Positions 37,211 to 51,788 of a stretch of 64,000 bases of DNA are shown in pieces (position 1 is the stretch's first letter; the number at the start of each line of letters is the position of its first letter). The translations under genes were made by a program, and so were the position numbers. Below the pieces are notes generated by a model, which saw nothing but the letters and a program-made list of their open reading frames with translations, searched no databases and was not told the DNA's origin. The stretch comes from Callorhinchus milii (taxonomy: Eukaryota): the NCBI RefSeq assembly GCF_018977255.1, contig NW_024704742.1, positions 61,816,001 through 61,880,000 on the forward strand, written 5' to 3'.

Positions 37211-38408
37211 TTAGCAGATCCCCTCAATTTGGGACTCAAGGAAATCCAGCATCTCCTCACAGTCAGAGTTTGATACATAGGTACAATACCAAACTAAAGG
37301 ATGTGGATATTGGCCAATAGTCATAATTTAATGAAGTTCAACAAAGTACAGTTTAACCACAACTACTAAAGATTGTAACCTGACCTTGTAGCATTTGTAC
37401 TTCAATTGGCACTTTTATTTCTATGAATTTTCTACAGAAATCTCACTCAAATTATGTATACTGATATCATTCATTTCCTAAGATTACATTTGAACATATC
37501 CTATCAATAATAATGGCACAGCACAATACTTGTAGAGCACAGAACTCCTTTATTTATCAGTATTTTGGCTCACAGGATTGAGGATGTCTCTGCACCTTGA
37601 CATCTCATTGACATACAGTAAGGTTGACTAATGTATATTATAAATTGACTACTCAACCTGCTGGTTCCCGTTAGGATGAATGCTAATATTAGGAACATTA
37701 ACCTGTCGTGTTTTCAAGTGATGGTTGACCTGCTGTGCATTTCTTTACTTTTCTATTTTTTTTTCTTTTTCTTTCTTATTTTTATTTCAGATGTTCAGCA
37801 ATAGATTTTCTTCTTTTTATAGCTCAAATGTAAACCTGCTATTTAATTTTAAATTGAGAAACAGCTGCCCTGTGTTACAAGACAAATGTGGCCAAAGCAG
37901 GGAATCAGAGCATCTTTTCCGATTGCTCCAGTGCCCGAGCTGTGCAAGATGATGCAGAGACTGGTTGTTGAATCTATTAACCTCATCTGAATGCTGGCTG
38001 ATTTGCTGCTGACCCACAGGGCAGTCCATTTGCCCTGCTGAGAAAAAGTGTAAATGTTTCTTGATTGTTATCAGGTTAACATTTTAACAAAGTATTAACT
38101 GATGCCAGGAGTGCTGAACATAGGAACATAGTAATTGCTAGACGAAAAAAGACTAAGGTCCATCTACTTCGCCTTCTACCATCCTGGTAGTTGCATGCTA
38201 CAATAATGGAGATGTTGATAGCAATAAATTCTGTAGATTAATCCACATCAGTCTTGGGTATTGCATCACTTTGTACATTAATGTGGGAACTCTGATGGTC
38301 ATACACACTCCTGAAAAAATTAAGGTTTGTTGTTTGCTTTTACATTGGTTATGTGGTTTGGGCTAGTAAAATTCTTCACTTACAGACAGTAATCTTTGTT
38401 TTATCTAG

Positions 38409-38605
38409 GAGGGATGTGTTAGATGAACTGGTGACTCTCCACAACTTCAGCAATCAATTCCTGCCCAATGCACTGAGAGAGTTCTTTCGGCACATTCATG
38501 CTCCTGAAGAACGTGGAGAGTATCTGGAGACACTTATCACAAAATTCTCAAACAGATTTTGTACATGTAACCCGCTTGTGACCAGAAACCTCGGCCTCAG
38601 CCCAG
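38409..38605 (+). CDS. FBXO8: FBXO8 coding exon 4 (197 nt), Sec7-like domain
   Basis: RDVLDELVTLHNFSNQFLPNALREFFRHIHAPEERGEYLETLITKFSNRFCTCNP...LSP. Canonical sites. Confidence 0.97.
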
Positions 38606-40159
38606 GTAATCATCTGATTTGACCTTATAACTTCTTGTAACTTAAATCTAAAATGTGGAAAGACCGGGCAAACAAATGTGTTTTTAAATTCTTGTGGCGA
38701 TTTGTATAATGGGTTTTGGAATTCAGCCAATGATTTCATTAAAGGAAGAACATTTATAGAAATGTAGCAGGCAGGTGTTGTTTTGAAATCTGAGAAAAAA
38801 GGGAATGGTACTCAAGTTTCATACATCAGTTTGCTAAACTGTGTTATTGCAAAAACACAGCATGGTGTATGCATATTTTTCCAGGATAAAGTTGATTAAC
38901 TTTACTGGGAGTTTAAACAGCACATAGTGATTTTTTAAATTTATTAACTTAGAAAGCAGGATGAAAACCATACAATATATACAATACAATATACATAGGG
39001 GGGGGTTTCAAGGAACACTAATTTTGCTCTTAAATCATGCTGGATAGCAAATAAATGGCCAGCTGAGCTGCACAATCTTATTATCGGATGAAGAATAGCA
39101 AAATACAGCTTTGAGTTTCTGTCGTCCAATAAATCGAACAAGTCAACCCTAATGTGAGTAACAATCTGTTGCGGATCAATTACATGTTCAAGCAGATTAC
39201 TAGCAAGATCGGAGTTTGGCAATTAAACGTGACATTATCTCAATTCAAGGATATTTACAGTATATAGAATTGAAAGCAAATAATCAGAAACGTTAAGTGG
39301 AATAGTATTTACCAGGCTGATAAATTTCATATAATTTATTCAGTTTGCCATCAGACCTGCCTTGCCGTATTCAGGACGTGTCCTCATTTACAATCTCATT
39401 AATCAGCCAATCGGGTTGGTGAACTATATTTAATACCTGGGAATGCTGTGCACCTGCCTGCCTTTGCCACGTTTTTCTCCTCAAGATCACTGGAGTTATT
39501 CGAAATACACTTTGATGCGATGATAGAATACTTCATACTAGAGGGATGGGTTTTAGCGGGTCAAATGATCCTTTCTTAATCCTGACTTTCTTATGTTGTA
39601 AATCTATGAGTGATGCCATCTCTACGCTCTTTCAACCAATACAATCTAGACAGGCAGACACCTTTTCTTCTCTTGAAAAAAATAAAACTATACATGATTA
39701 AAACTTTTTTTCAGAAAACTAGCTGAAATAAAATTCAGAAAGGAACCCACAACAATAGGCTTTAAAATCTTGATTCTTAAATTATATTATTGCTTGCATT
39801 AAAAACACAAACGATATAGTGATGATACATATGAAGATATAATGTTTTTTTATAAAAGGGAGCAGTCAACATTACTTCTTCTGTTACATATTAAATGAAG
39901 CAGGATCAAATTGGAAATGTTCATGACATGGATTATATTAACAGAGATAAAGTAAATAATTGTTGGACTCGATCGTCAGAATGAACTGGTGTTTAAGAAG
40001 CTTTTCCTGTTTATTCACAATCTGAAGTGCATATGTAGATTTCCAACGCCAAATAATATTTGGTTGTCATTAGCAAAATAACAATTCTGTATCATTTAGT
40101 GAATCTGTATAACACTGCATTATTAATTGTGCTGACAGCTCATTGTTTCTTTTACACAG

Positions 40160-40347
40160 ATGCTGTTTATGTTCTTTGCTATTCTTTGATTCTGCTTTCC
40201 ATTGACTTGAATAGTCCACACGTAAAGAATAAAATGTCCAAGAGGGAGTTCATCCGAAACACCCGCCGTGCTGCCCAGAACATTAATGAGGATTTTGTAG
40301 GACATCTATATGACAACATCTACCTTGTTGGCCATGTGGCTGCTTAA
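40160..40347 (+). CDS. FBXO8: FBXO8 last coding exon; total CDS 957 nt = 318 aa plus stop
   Basis: DAVYVLCYSLILLSIDLNSPHVKNKMSKREFIRNTRRAAQNINEDFVGHLYDNIYLVGHVAA, then TAA. Confidence 0.97.
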
Positions 40348-43300
40348 AACACAATAACACTTAGCGAACATAAGATCAACAACATGATGTTACATGATGA
40401 AGTACAATAACCTATGTAGACATGAGGATTATGCTAGTGCTGGTCATTGTAACCTCTGTGTACAATCCGATCATTTGTGTTCCTTTGTTTAGTTGCATCT
40501 TGCCATTGTTAACTCTGGTAACTGATGACTTGTTTGCATTTTTATATTATTCACAGTTATCAGGATTTGCACTTCATACAGTAGTGCCAATGGTCTGATG
40601 CGGAAGTTTGAGAATGGATAAATGTTAAACTGACGTAACCTTATAAGGACTACAATAATATTAGAAACTGGTGGCTGGGTTTACAAATTAAGTGGAACTA
40701 TAAACCCTTAACTTTTTTTAAATGCATGTGATGTGTAAATATTGCAAAATAAGAGATTTATAATCATATATAATTTTATTGTGAAATATTTTAACTAAAG
40801 ACTTTCTCTGTCCAAATTAGGTGACTATTTTCTCTTTACTGAATGTAAACTTTTATGCTGTAGAAGCAAAAACAAATGCACTTTGTTGTACAGTCTTCGA
40901 CCTATGAGGTGGGTTAGAAAAGCAATACTCTTTATAATGGTTTATCTTCCACCTGGCTTATAGCTACAGATTAAGATCTGTTTTCACATATAGACCTCAG
41001 TGGTGAAGGAACACTACCTTAATCGACATGCAACAACTTTTGAAAACTTTGGAAACTATTCTGTGCTGTTTAAAGAATATTTAAATACTTATACTGACCT
41101 TTTTAAGCCAAATCCTATTTATTAGAAAAGAAAAGCATCTATTTGTTCCTCTAAACTCATATACTGTTAACATGTTCTCCCTTTATTTAACATTGTTTAG
41201 TGTGTTTGTCACATTTTTAATGTTTTTTTCAATAGGGAGTTCAAGTTATTTTGGCATCAAAGGAAATAGAAAAATTCATCCAAACCAATCTGACGTCACA
41301 TTTCTATTGCAGCGTATGGTAAAGATATTTCAATTGGAAGCTACTCTGTGATGCTCTGAGCTGCTGTCTCTGTGATTCTCTGAGCTGCCTTCTCTGTGGT
41401 GATCACACTGCTTACATTTAGGGTGGATTCCATAAACTGGCAGCGACAGTGAAACAACCAGTTCAGTCTGCTTTCTGGCAGAAATAAACGAGTCTGCTGC
41501 TGGAGGCAGTGCTGCAAGAAAAATGCAGCATTGAGTGTTGTCATCCTGGAACAAGTTATTTAGGGTTTGACTTTTTAAAAATATACATGCTTGAAAATTC
41601 ATGGTTTGTCTAAAACTTATCTAAAAATGTTGTTTTGTGAAAATCATTTTTGTAGCTAAATGCTTGTTGCTGCTGTGTCAGACCTTTGAATATTTCAGCT
41701 ATCTCCACTCAATTAGGCAAACAAAGTTATGTCTCTCCTGCAGATACTAGAGGCAAAAAGACAAGATGTATGAATTCAGGTTTGCCAAATTGTGTGGATC
41801 ACAAATTTATACATTTATTTGTATGAGGCACAACATGTAACATTATGGTGCAAGTCAGATTGCAACTTCTGCACTGATGTGAAAACTCTTTGTATTACAA
41901 ACAGAGCATTAGTGAATCAAGCATCCAGAATAGGCTTGAAATACCTTTAAAATTGTTCCTCCATATTAAAATGGAAATAACTTCCAGTGTATTTTTATAC
42001 TGTGCTTCCATTTCCACTGTGATAGCCCTACATATCAACAATGCCATTTGGCAATCATTTGGCAACTCGGAATAACATAGATTGGTACTTCGAGGCAATG
42101 AAAAGCATGTTGCACCAACATGCTACTGCAATAATAGAATTCAGGAGACGAGTTAGCATATTGCACTTTTCAGCTGGTTTTCTGTTTCTTATGATGGGTC
42201 AGGTGTGAGGTTAGTTTGTGCAACTTCACTCTAGCTCCTAGTGTACAGTCGCCAACAGAACAGAATGCTCAAAAGTAATATTAATTAAGGAATCTGGTTT
42301 AGAATGATGTTAGGAATGTTAAAAAGGGAAAAATGTACCGCAGTAGGTAGGTGGGATATTTTCGAGGAGCACGTTGACTGGATATGGAAGTGCTTGACAC
42401 TAAATGTTAAAAAGTCCAGAAACCTTCAGATTTAATCAGGAAAATACATTTGAAAATGACTCTTATGAAATTGGAAATGAGCAGAGCTCTGGAATTTGCA
42501 TTCAATATTTTTACCTTTTTGCCCTTTATGTTTACTGTGTTTTATTATTGTTTACCTTTTCTGATGTTCTTCCTTTATCTCATCTTTCGTCTGCCTATTT
42601 ATTGTGGCTTACCTTTTTCTACTGATCTTTCAGCAACTGGTAGGGTCATGCCTTGTAATGAACGCTAAGCGTCATCATTGCCTGAGATGGAGAAATCTCA
42701 GCTCTCGGCATGGATGTTCAGATAGAAGAAGTTAAAATCAGGAAAGCCTTTTTAAGGGCAAAGGATGGGAGGAATTGATGAAGAGCATTCCTAGTGTGAA
42801 TGTTAACATGGGAAATCAACAAGATTCAGAAAATTGTCAACCCAGGCATCAAGATAAGTTCTTGGATCTCTTTGCTCAGGTTTACAAAGATAATTTGAAT
42901 TTAGCATTGAGAGTATAAACCCTAAAATCAGAAGGCCTACTGTTATGATTATATAATTACATACAATTGATTGTAATCATTTGTTTTAGTTCTCAACATA
43001 GTGTTTCAGTTTTCAGTGCAATTCTTAATTAGGTTACATCTGAACTTGAATTGAGAAATAGCCAATCAAATCTAGTTCAAACCTAATATATGGGATTGTA
43101 TGCTAGACTGTTCCTCTGTTAGAATGTGCATTATTTGTCTTGTGGTAGACTTATTTTTTCTGTTCCTTTTTAATGTGTATAATGCTCTACCAGAATTAAC
43201 TTTAAACTGATTTAAACTGAAGGTAAGTCAACCCTAACCAGACTGTGGGAACTGAAAGATCCAAATTAAAATTGTGTTTTTTAAAAGAAGTTTTTGTAGC

Positions 43301-46300
43301 ACAAACCAAGTTGTCATTCATTCCAACCTTGTATCCATAGAAAACAAGCTACCGGGATTCACCCCAAAATTCTTCTTGTTATTGCAAACCTAGGGTCAGT
43401 TATGTGAGTTGTGTAAAGTGTATATTGTTAGGTAATATACATGTACTGAGGAAATTACAGATGCCCTTAATGTTGCCTTGAACAAATAACAAAAAAGATT
43501 ATTCAAACACCTGTAATCTTTTTCATTATTTATCATTAAGGGTACAAATTCTCTCTAAGTGTGCGTGTGCTTATTTTAAACAATTTGCATAATATGCACC
43601 CATTCAGCCATGATTTACACAACTCGCATAATAGACTTGTTTGTTTAACAAGTACTGTACAGTCTATCAGAAATAAAAGCATTAACTATAATAGTAGACA
43701 CTAATTTAGTTCACCACAGCTTTCCTTGAGTTCCATTTCTCTTTAAACAGCTTCTCATTTGCTGCTATCTATATGTAATTCAGGATTCAGTGATATTTAT
43801 GAATAAATCACACAATATAGATTTTATTTTCAAATTTATTTTAAATCAATGTATAATCCATATCCAGTCTTCCCTTCTGTTTAATGCACTGAAACTGCTG
43901 CACTTTTTTAAGTGGAAAATATTTTGAGAAGCTGTTTAAATTGTTATCTTTTCACCTCACGTGAGGAATTCCCACATTAGATCACTTGCACATGTTGGTT
44001 TCCTTCTTTGCATATATTACGCAACATGCTCCTACTACTAACATAGGATCCTGTCAAAGAGTCAGGAGATGTTCTCTGCTTTAATTCTTTTGTGAATTTT
44101 TGATTGTGTTATGGTTTACGTTAAATAATCTATAAGACAAATATAGAAAACTACAAATATGAGACTAGAAATCAGGAAATTTGATCACAAGGGGATCAGT
44201 GGAGTTTATCATATGATTAACAGGAAAGGAGTCAAATAGCTGACAATGTATTTAAGATGTGGTTTGCACTAGATCCTTTACTAATGTGGTATGATTGAAT
44301 TCTATTTCATATAATATGTATTAAAGGTTCAGGATGATGAAACATAAAATTTTGGATTCAGAAGTTTTGATAGTAAAAATTGCTATTTTAATATTTTATA
44401 CTTAGCATTGAGCTGGCAATATGCCATTTGTATAATGTGATATTGGATTGGAGATGGGAAGTATATATCTGTGGTTATTTGTTCTACACAGATATTCTTG
44501 AATCTATTAGAAGTTAACTTACATTTATTAATGTTAAAACCACTTTCATTTGCACTGCAATTTAATCTATGTTTTCCAAACTGGTTATATAAGTATGGGG
44601 TATTCCTTTTCATTAATTTCTTTTAGTTTGGCGACAATATGCAAATAATGACAATAGCCCAAAAAGATTCTTATGCAATATCCTAGGTGGATATGTACTT
44701 CCAAACATCTATGTGGGCCCTATACCTGCAGACTTATGTGAATTTGTCTGTAAGTCAGGGCAATGAGTGTTTTCTAAAATAAAATTTAAATTTTAATGGC
44801 AAAAGTGTTTCAGATTTTTGCATTTTTCATTCATTGTTTTGTACTTAGTTTTATGGAGTACTTTAGTCTGATTAAAATAATCTAACTTGTCTGTTTTATG
44901 CTCTTGTGTTTTTGTGGTGTCTAAACAAAATCTGCATTTAGTGGTTGTTCATACACCAACCGTAGCATGACTCCTGGTCAGAATACAACTATTGATCAGT
45001 TTTTGAAATGGAGAAGGGAGTTTCTCCCAGTGTCCTGGCCATCATTCCCCCCACATTCAACATTTTATTTCATGGTTGTTTGTGGGACATTGCTACACAT
45101 TAATTGGTTGCCGCATTCACCTGCAAAACACAGTTACCCCACCACAGCAAGTCCCGTGAAGCGCTTTGAGCCGTTGTGACAATGTGATAAAGCACTAAAT
45201 CAAATGCAAGAATTATTTTTTGGTTGAGGAGTTTATCTTGCCAATATTGCAGAGAGGTTTGTGAAACATTAGTGTTTGTGGTCAGAGATGCAGTGTATTT
45301 CTCCAGTTCATCTGCTCTCGTGAGTCTCAATCTTGAGTGCACACCATGACGTCTGGTAACTTAAATGTACTCAGTGAGTAATGTTGTGGAACTCGAGCAT
45401 ACTTTCACACTAATGAGAAGTCTTTTAAATGTTTCGCTTCAGGAACAACAAGATTTTTCTTTTCCTTTTACCGTATATGTTCCTGCCAGCCTGTAATAGC
45501 TGATGACTTGCTGGAGGCCATATGTGGATTTGAAGTGCAAATGTATTGCACTGCTTGCTCCAAAATCCTACCAAAATAAACCTGAAGGGCACTGCCAGTT
45601 TAAATGCAGATAGATAATTGTAATTGCTACATCAGCCGAATCTAGATTAACTAGATTTATGTATAAATTATCTACTTTGCCATATAATGGGTAGCCAACC
45701 TTTTTGGGTCAGTCAACCAAATACATTTTTATTCATTAAATATTTTTCTATTTACAGCCACACCATTATTATCACTATTCAGTAGCTCCAAGAAACAAAA
45801 TATTGATTTAACATAGACTTACCTAGACTAGTGTGAATGTTCCGCAGGCTACTTCTCCATGCTTCCACCGGCCACAGATTGACCACCACTGCCATGTAGG
45901 ATACTGTTAATGACCAAAACTTTCCATCAATTTATTTCAATGCCTTTTCTTCATGCCATTGTAACATTGCTACCAATAATAAAGTGATGTGAACAGACAT
46001 ACTAGACTTTGTTATCACCTTGCACCAATCAGTTAGTTGTGAATAGATTCAATGTGTCCTGTGTATGCACAGATTTGGGCATTGATATAACACAAGCACA
46101 TAGGGACAGTTATGTTGTAGGGATGTCAAGTGTTTGCAGGGGGGATGGTAAGAGAGGAAAGAGATGGATCCACTGTTTGTAGGTATACTACACCTGTGTG
46201 CTTTTAGTTTTTTTTTAGTAACTGCAAGCTGATATAAAATTGTTTCAAAGACAACTTTTATAACTATTGAAAAACATTCAAAATCGACTGTAAAAGACTA

Positions 46301-46632
46301 TGAAGAGGTATTTAATGTTTCATAATACATACTACTTTCAGCATCAATAACAAATCGTAAATATTTTTACATTAAAGCATTCCATCCACATGTATTTTTT
46401 TAAAAGGGAGTTTTCTTTGTAAACATTTTTGCATATTCAAGTGTCAGTACCAAAGGACATAGGGACATGTTTGGAGGATATTTTTCTTGCAAGAATGGGT
46501 TATTGGGTGGAATTCCCTACCAAAATTGGTGGTTGAAGAAGAATTTGAAACAAGGTTTAAAATTATGTGGGCAGAGGGCAAAATATTACACTAAACAGAT
46601 AGTTCCTACAGAGACCAGGTAAAGGCACGATA

Positions 46633-46998
46633 TAATAATAATAATAACCCTTGCATTTGATGTAGCGCTTTTCATGTCTTCCAGATGTCTCAAAGTGCTT
46701 CACAGAATATAGTGTAAAGTGAATTGACTATATCTTGTGGGTGAAACCAAGCAGCCAATTGCACATAACAGTGTCCCACAAACAGCCATGGATTGGGTGA
46801 CCAAATTATTATTTTTTTTGAAGGATTATTATCCCCCAAAAAGCAATCCGCCAATCAACTAACAACCGGGTTCCTACTTACTGCTAGATAAACAGAGGCG
46901 TGTGGAGTAAGGAAACTTGCCCAACATTTCGCCCTGCCAGGAATAGAACGGGTCTCTCGCTTGTGAGGCGAGTGCTCTATCCACTGAGCTACAAGACT
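46633..46998 (-). mobile_element. tRNA-derived SINE, full length (long variant)
   Basis: Same family. Confidence 0.9.
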
Positions 46999-48803
46999 GA
47001 GCCAAATTACCTGGGCTGAACAATTCTTTGATTCCAAATGCCCCCCAAATTCATCTGTGAGTCTGTGCTGAGTGCTAGTGGTCTATTTAATATTGTGGGA
47101 GGCTATCACATTTGACCCTGATAATGCCCTCGCTCAGCCATATTTTTTTGGTCCCCATGTGGGTACCATTCTGAATTAACCCAATTACAACATCCTATTC
47201 CTACATACTCAGATACAGTCTAGTATCAACACAGCTATGGCCCTCAAACTAATCTGTGTGCTGCAAAAAGGCCAGCAGGCTGCATAGACTCCATTAACAA
47301 CTCAGCATTATCTCAATAGGATATCATATGCCAGATCAACTCATAACCAATTGTAGTTCAAACTACACTTGATGTTGGCCAAAAGGCCAAGAAATGATTC
47401 ACCATCTACAAATACATTGACTACCAACATCCCTGGCTGAATGGTGGAGGTACCCTGTGAGTTTTCCCCTCTAGCAGCACAGATAAATTGTAATACACCC
47501 ACTGCTGCTGAACCAAGTTCAACCAAATCGCAGAGCGATAATCAAACCATCTGATCTTTCTGGCACAGAAATATGTGAAAAAAAATGTAATATCAAAGAA
47601 AGCTATTTAATGTTATGTGATACATAATACATAATATTAATTATTGTGCATAATATTTCTTTGGCTTCATTAGAAATTTACAATTTTGTGATTTTAAAAG
47701 CACAATGTTTTCAGTTAGTAAATCTTCCACATGGATAGGTTTATGTTGCAGGTACTGGTTTGACACAAGTACTTTTTTAAGGTGGAATTAGAAAACAGTT
47801 AAGAATTGTACAGTCTTATGACTATGTGCATCTTTTTGGTGTCCAAGAAGCCAGAGCGCTGAGCAGTGGGCGGGGGTTAAGAGTTAGCAAAGTGCTAAAG
47901 CAACATTGGTTTTACCTTACCAACATTGGAAACAAAACAATGCAATACAAATTTACATTTTTTATACAGCGACTTTTACATCAGAAGGATGTCTCAAGGC
48001 GCTGAACAGAGTTTTCACCTGAGCTGGGGGTGGGAACAGAGGGGAGACAGAAGGGGGGAGATAGCCAAAAAGTATGGTCAAAGAGAAAGGCATTAAGGCA
48101 GACCTTGAAGGAGGAATTGAAGAGACTCCAGGATGGAAGCATGCAAGAGTGTGTCTGCACAATCTCTAACCTTGTTTAAAGTTTCTTTAAAAATGTTACA
48201 CTTTTTACTGATAGAATATTCCTCAACCTCAGTTGGGACACTTACTTTTCTTGCAATGTAATTTTAAAAAGGCAGCATTAAGGGAAGCTTTCACATAAGA
48301 ACATTCAAAATATTAGACAAAAAAAGACCAAGGTCCATCTAGTTTGCCTTCCACCTTCCTGGCGGTCGTATGCACATGTGTCCTGAACTACCTATGTACT
48401 ATATCCCATAATGTTATTTCCTAAAAGAAAACTATCTCGTTTGTGTTTATGGATCATTTTACACTTACATGAATCATCTTACACTCTAGTTATGATAATT
48501 CTTGAATTTGACATTTGCCATATCACGTTGTCAAAACATGTCAGTGCCTTTGACAGGATTTACTGTAGAATGTAGTGATTGTATATCATAGGTGAATATA
48601 GATGTATTTTGTAGTGACTGTATTTTGTGGGTATATTATGTTCCTCCAGCTGAACTCACAGCAAATACAAGCATCCAAAACTATTAGGATTCCTGTTAAA
48701 ATGGACTCCTTGGATTACTGTCACACAGAAACTGGTTTACAATGAAGCAAGATGTACAGTAAAGCTGCCTTAGTAAAGTTTCTTGTCAAAGTATATAAAG
48801 TAT

Positions 48804-49175
48804 GGAGTTCCGTAGCGTATTGGTTAGAGAACTCACCTCACAAGCAAGAAGACCAACGTTCAATTCCCAGGCAAGGTGAACACTGAGGCAAGTTTCCTTA
48901 CTCCACATGCCTCTGTTTACCTAGCATTAGGTATTAGGTTGTTAGTCGATTGGCGGATCGCTTTCTAGGGGTAATAATCCCTTCAAATAAATAAATAAAT
49001 AATAATTTGATCACTCAATCCATGACTGTTTGTGGGACACTGCTGTGCTCAATTGGCTGCGCGTTCGCCCACAAAACATACAATTAATTCACTTTACAGT
49101 ATATTCTGTGAACCGCTTTGAGACGTCTCAATAACGTGATAAGGTGCTATATCAAATGCAAGAATTGTTATTATT
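48804..49175 (+). mobile_element. tRNA-derived SINE, full length (long variant)
   Basis: Same family. Confidence 0.9.
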
Positions 49176-51344
49176 TCTTTTCAAATGCAATTTTCCCTAT
49201 TAAGAAATTTGGCTCGAATATTATTCAGTATTGCATTAAAACATATTAGATCTTTAACTGTTTAATAAACCTGCAGCGAAGGCATTCATTCCAGCTAAGC
49301 TTTCCAAACGAATGTCATCTTGTACTAACCATGTGGAACATACATGACACATACAGTTGTGCAAAATGCGACACTCATCGTCTGCAAAGCAATGACCCAA
49401 GGCTGAATTACATCTCCCCAGTGCGCATTTAGAAAGCAGAATAGTGAATGCGATACAATAGTTACATCTGGGGATTCAGATGACAGTTCTCTGGAGTTTA
49501 TGATGTTTTATGGTTTGCAACAATCACTCCCACTGGTAGTCATTCTCTGCAATAATATGTGATTAATTTAACTCTAGGTATGGCTTCTATTGGTTTAGCT
49601 CTTTTGAAAAAAAATTCGTGGCTGTCATAAAAGGTGCTTCGCTACATATTTTAATAGGCATTTGGTTACTTATTGAAATGATAATATCTTCAACGTTTTC
49701 AGTGTAAACGACACCCTCCATTCATGGCGTGGGGTGTGACACTGTACCGAAAAGGTGCTGTGCAAGAGACAGCTCGCTTTACATTCAATTCAGAAAGATA
49801 ACGCCACACGTATAAAGATCCCGATTTGCCAGGTCGTTTTGTTTTAAGATAAAATAAATTACCCCTTTCGATATGAACCAGTTTGGTTTGGCTACACTGT
49901 CTGACAAAACGATTCGAAGCAGCTGTCCATTTGTCTGACGTTCATCTCAAGTCAAAACTAAGAAGTCCACAAATAACAAGTCAACAAATAACAAGTAATA
50001 TGTGTTTAACCAATAATAGTACTTAAGCTGTTCCCCCACAGCTTCCTCCACAGCTTGTTCTCCCACTGCTCGAATAGAAATAGAAACAGTGCAAAGCAAT
50101 ATCACTGTTACATATTAACAAAAATAACAAACAATCAACAGCAACTTACACACATATAGCACCTTTCACGTATGATAAGGCAAATAATAAGTAAGTGGTA
50201 CAGTACAGAATCAGACTATACCACATGGTAGATTTAGGCCGCAGTGAATGCGAATCCTGGGGTCCACACACACACAACTGGGGTGTAGATCAGAGCTGCA
50301 ATGTAGACTAAATGTGATTACAGGATAACTGAAGCTCAAAACTCCACACTTCAATCTGCTTACACTGACTGCAAATCGCACGATCTGTGGAGAACATTTT
50401 AAATGTCACCGTTTGTTTGATTCAGAAATGCGGCGATTGCAGATTATGTGGTTGTACATCTCATGCGGAGATCTGCATTTTATGTCCAGATTGTTTTTAA
50501 GAAATAATCATTCGATGGAACAGTTTTGCGTTTAAATATATCTGGAGGAAAATCGAAGCATGTAGATGTTTCACGTCTAAAGGCTCCTCAAAAAAGCATC
50601 CCAAACCACATTTTAAATTGCATTACTTTAATTTTAGGAGATTGTAAATTGCCTCGGGATTTTGCTTTACAAATTATTATTTCTGCAAAATATTTGTGCG
50701 AGTACAACATTTGATGCCTACCTTTTCGTTAATATATAAGTATATGTTAAATATATATCTATTATTTCGTTTTCGTTAAATTAGGTTTATTACTATTAGT
50801 GAATTTGGTGTAAAACCCATAAATAAATTCTCGTATACTAATTTTAACAAAAAAGTCGGGTAATAATATATTACCGACGTGCTGATGATGTCCTGTGTTT
50901 TTTCCACATCCACTAGAAATAAATGTTATATATGTTGTGAAGTGCCAGACAGTGACTGGAAATGCCTCTGTATCTTTGCTCTAATCCGATGTAACATGGG
51001 TTGGACAAATGAGGCTCCCGACAAAGACCCGATTGCTGTTTGGGAGACGCTTTTTTTTTCCTCTTAAACGGCTGAGCAATGGTAAAAGAGAAGGTAAATG
51101 TGCGGTGGGTGATTAATGGGACCATGTCAGACTCCGAGACTTAACCAACGCTGCAGTTTGTCAGCACAAGGACTTGGGAAATCACGACGCCACAGTGTCG
51201 CCCGGAGCTGTCTTTTTCATGGAGTAAAATTGCAGGAACATTATGGCACTTAGCACCGGCCGGGCTGACTATAAATAAACCCCACAACCTCGGCTGCAAA
51301 GTTGCTGATCCTATCGGGAAACATTTGAACGGCTTCGCGGTGCT

Positions 51345-51788
51345 GCACACTCACACACTCACTCACTCACTCACTCTCACACTCACACACACACACACAC
51401 TCATACACACACTCATACACACACTCACACACACTCACACACACTCACTCACACACACACACTCACACACACATACACTCACACACACACTCACACACAC
51501 ACTCACACACACACACACTCACTCACACACACACACACTCACTCTCACACACACTCACACACACTCACACACACTCACTCACACACACACTCACACACAC
51601 ACACTCACACACACACTCACTCACTCACACACACACTCACTCTCACACTCACACACATTCACACACACTCACACACACACACTCACTCACACACACACAC
51701 TCACTCACTCACACTCACACACACACACTCACTCTCACACTCACACACACACACACACACACTCACACACACACTCACACTCACACAC
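51345..51788 (+). repeat. Compound (CA)n/(CT) microsatellite, about 440 bp
   Basis: Directly visible. Confidence 0.97.
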
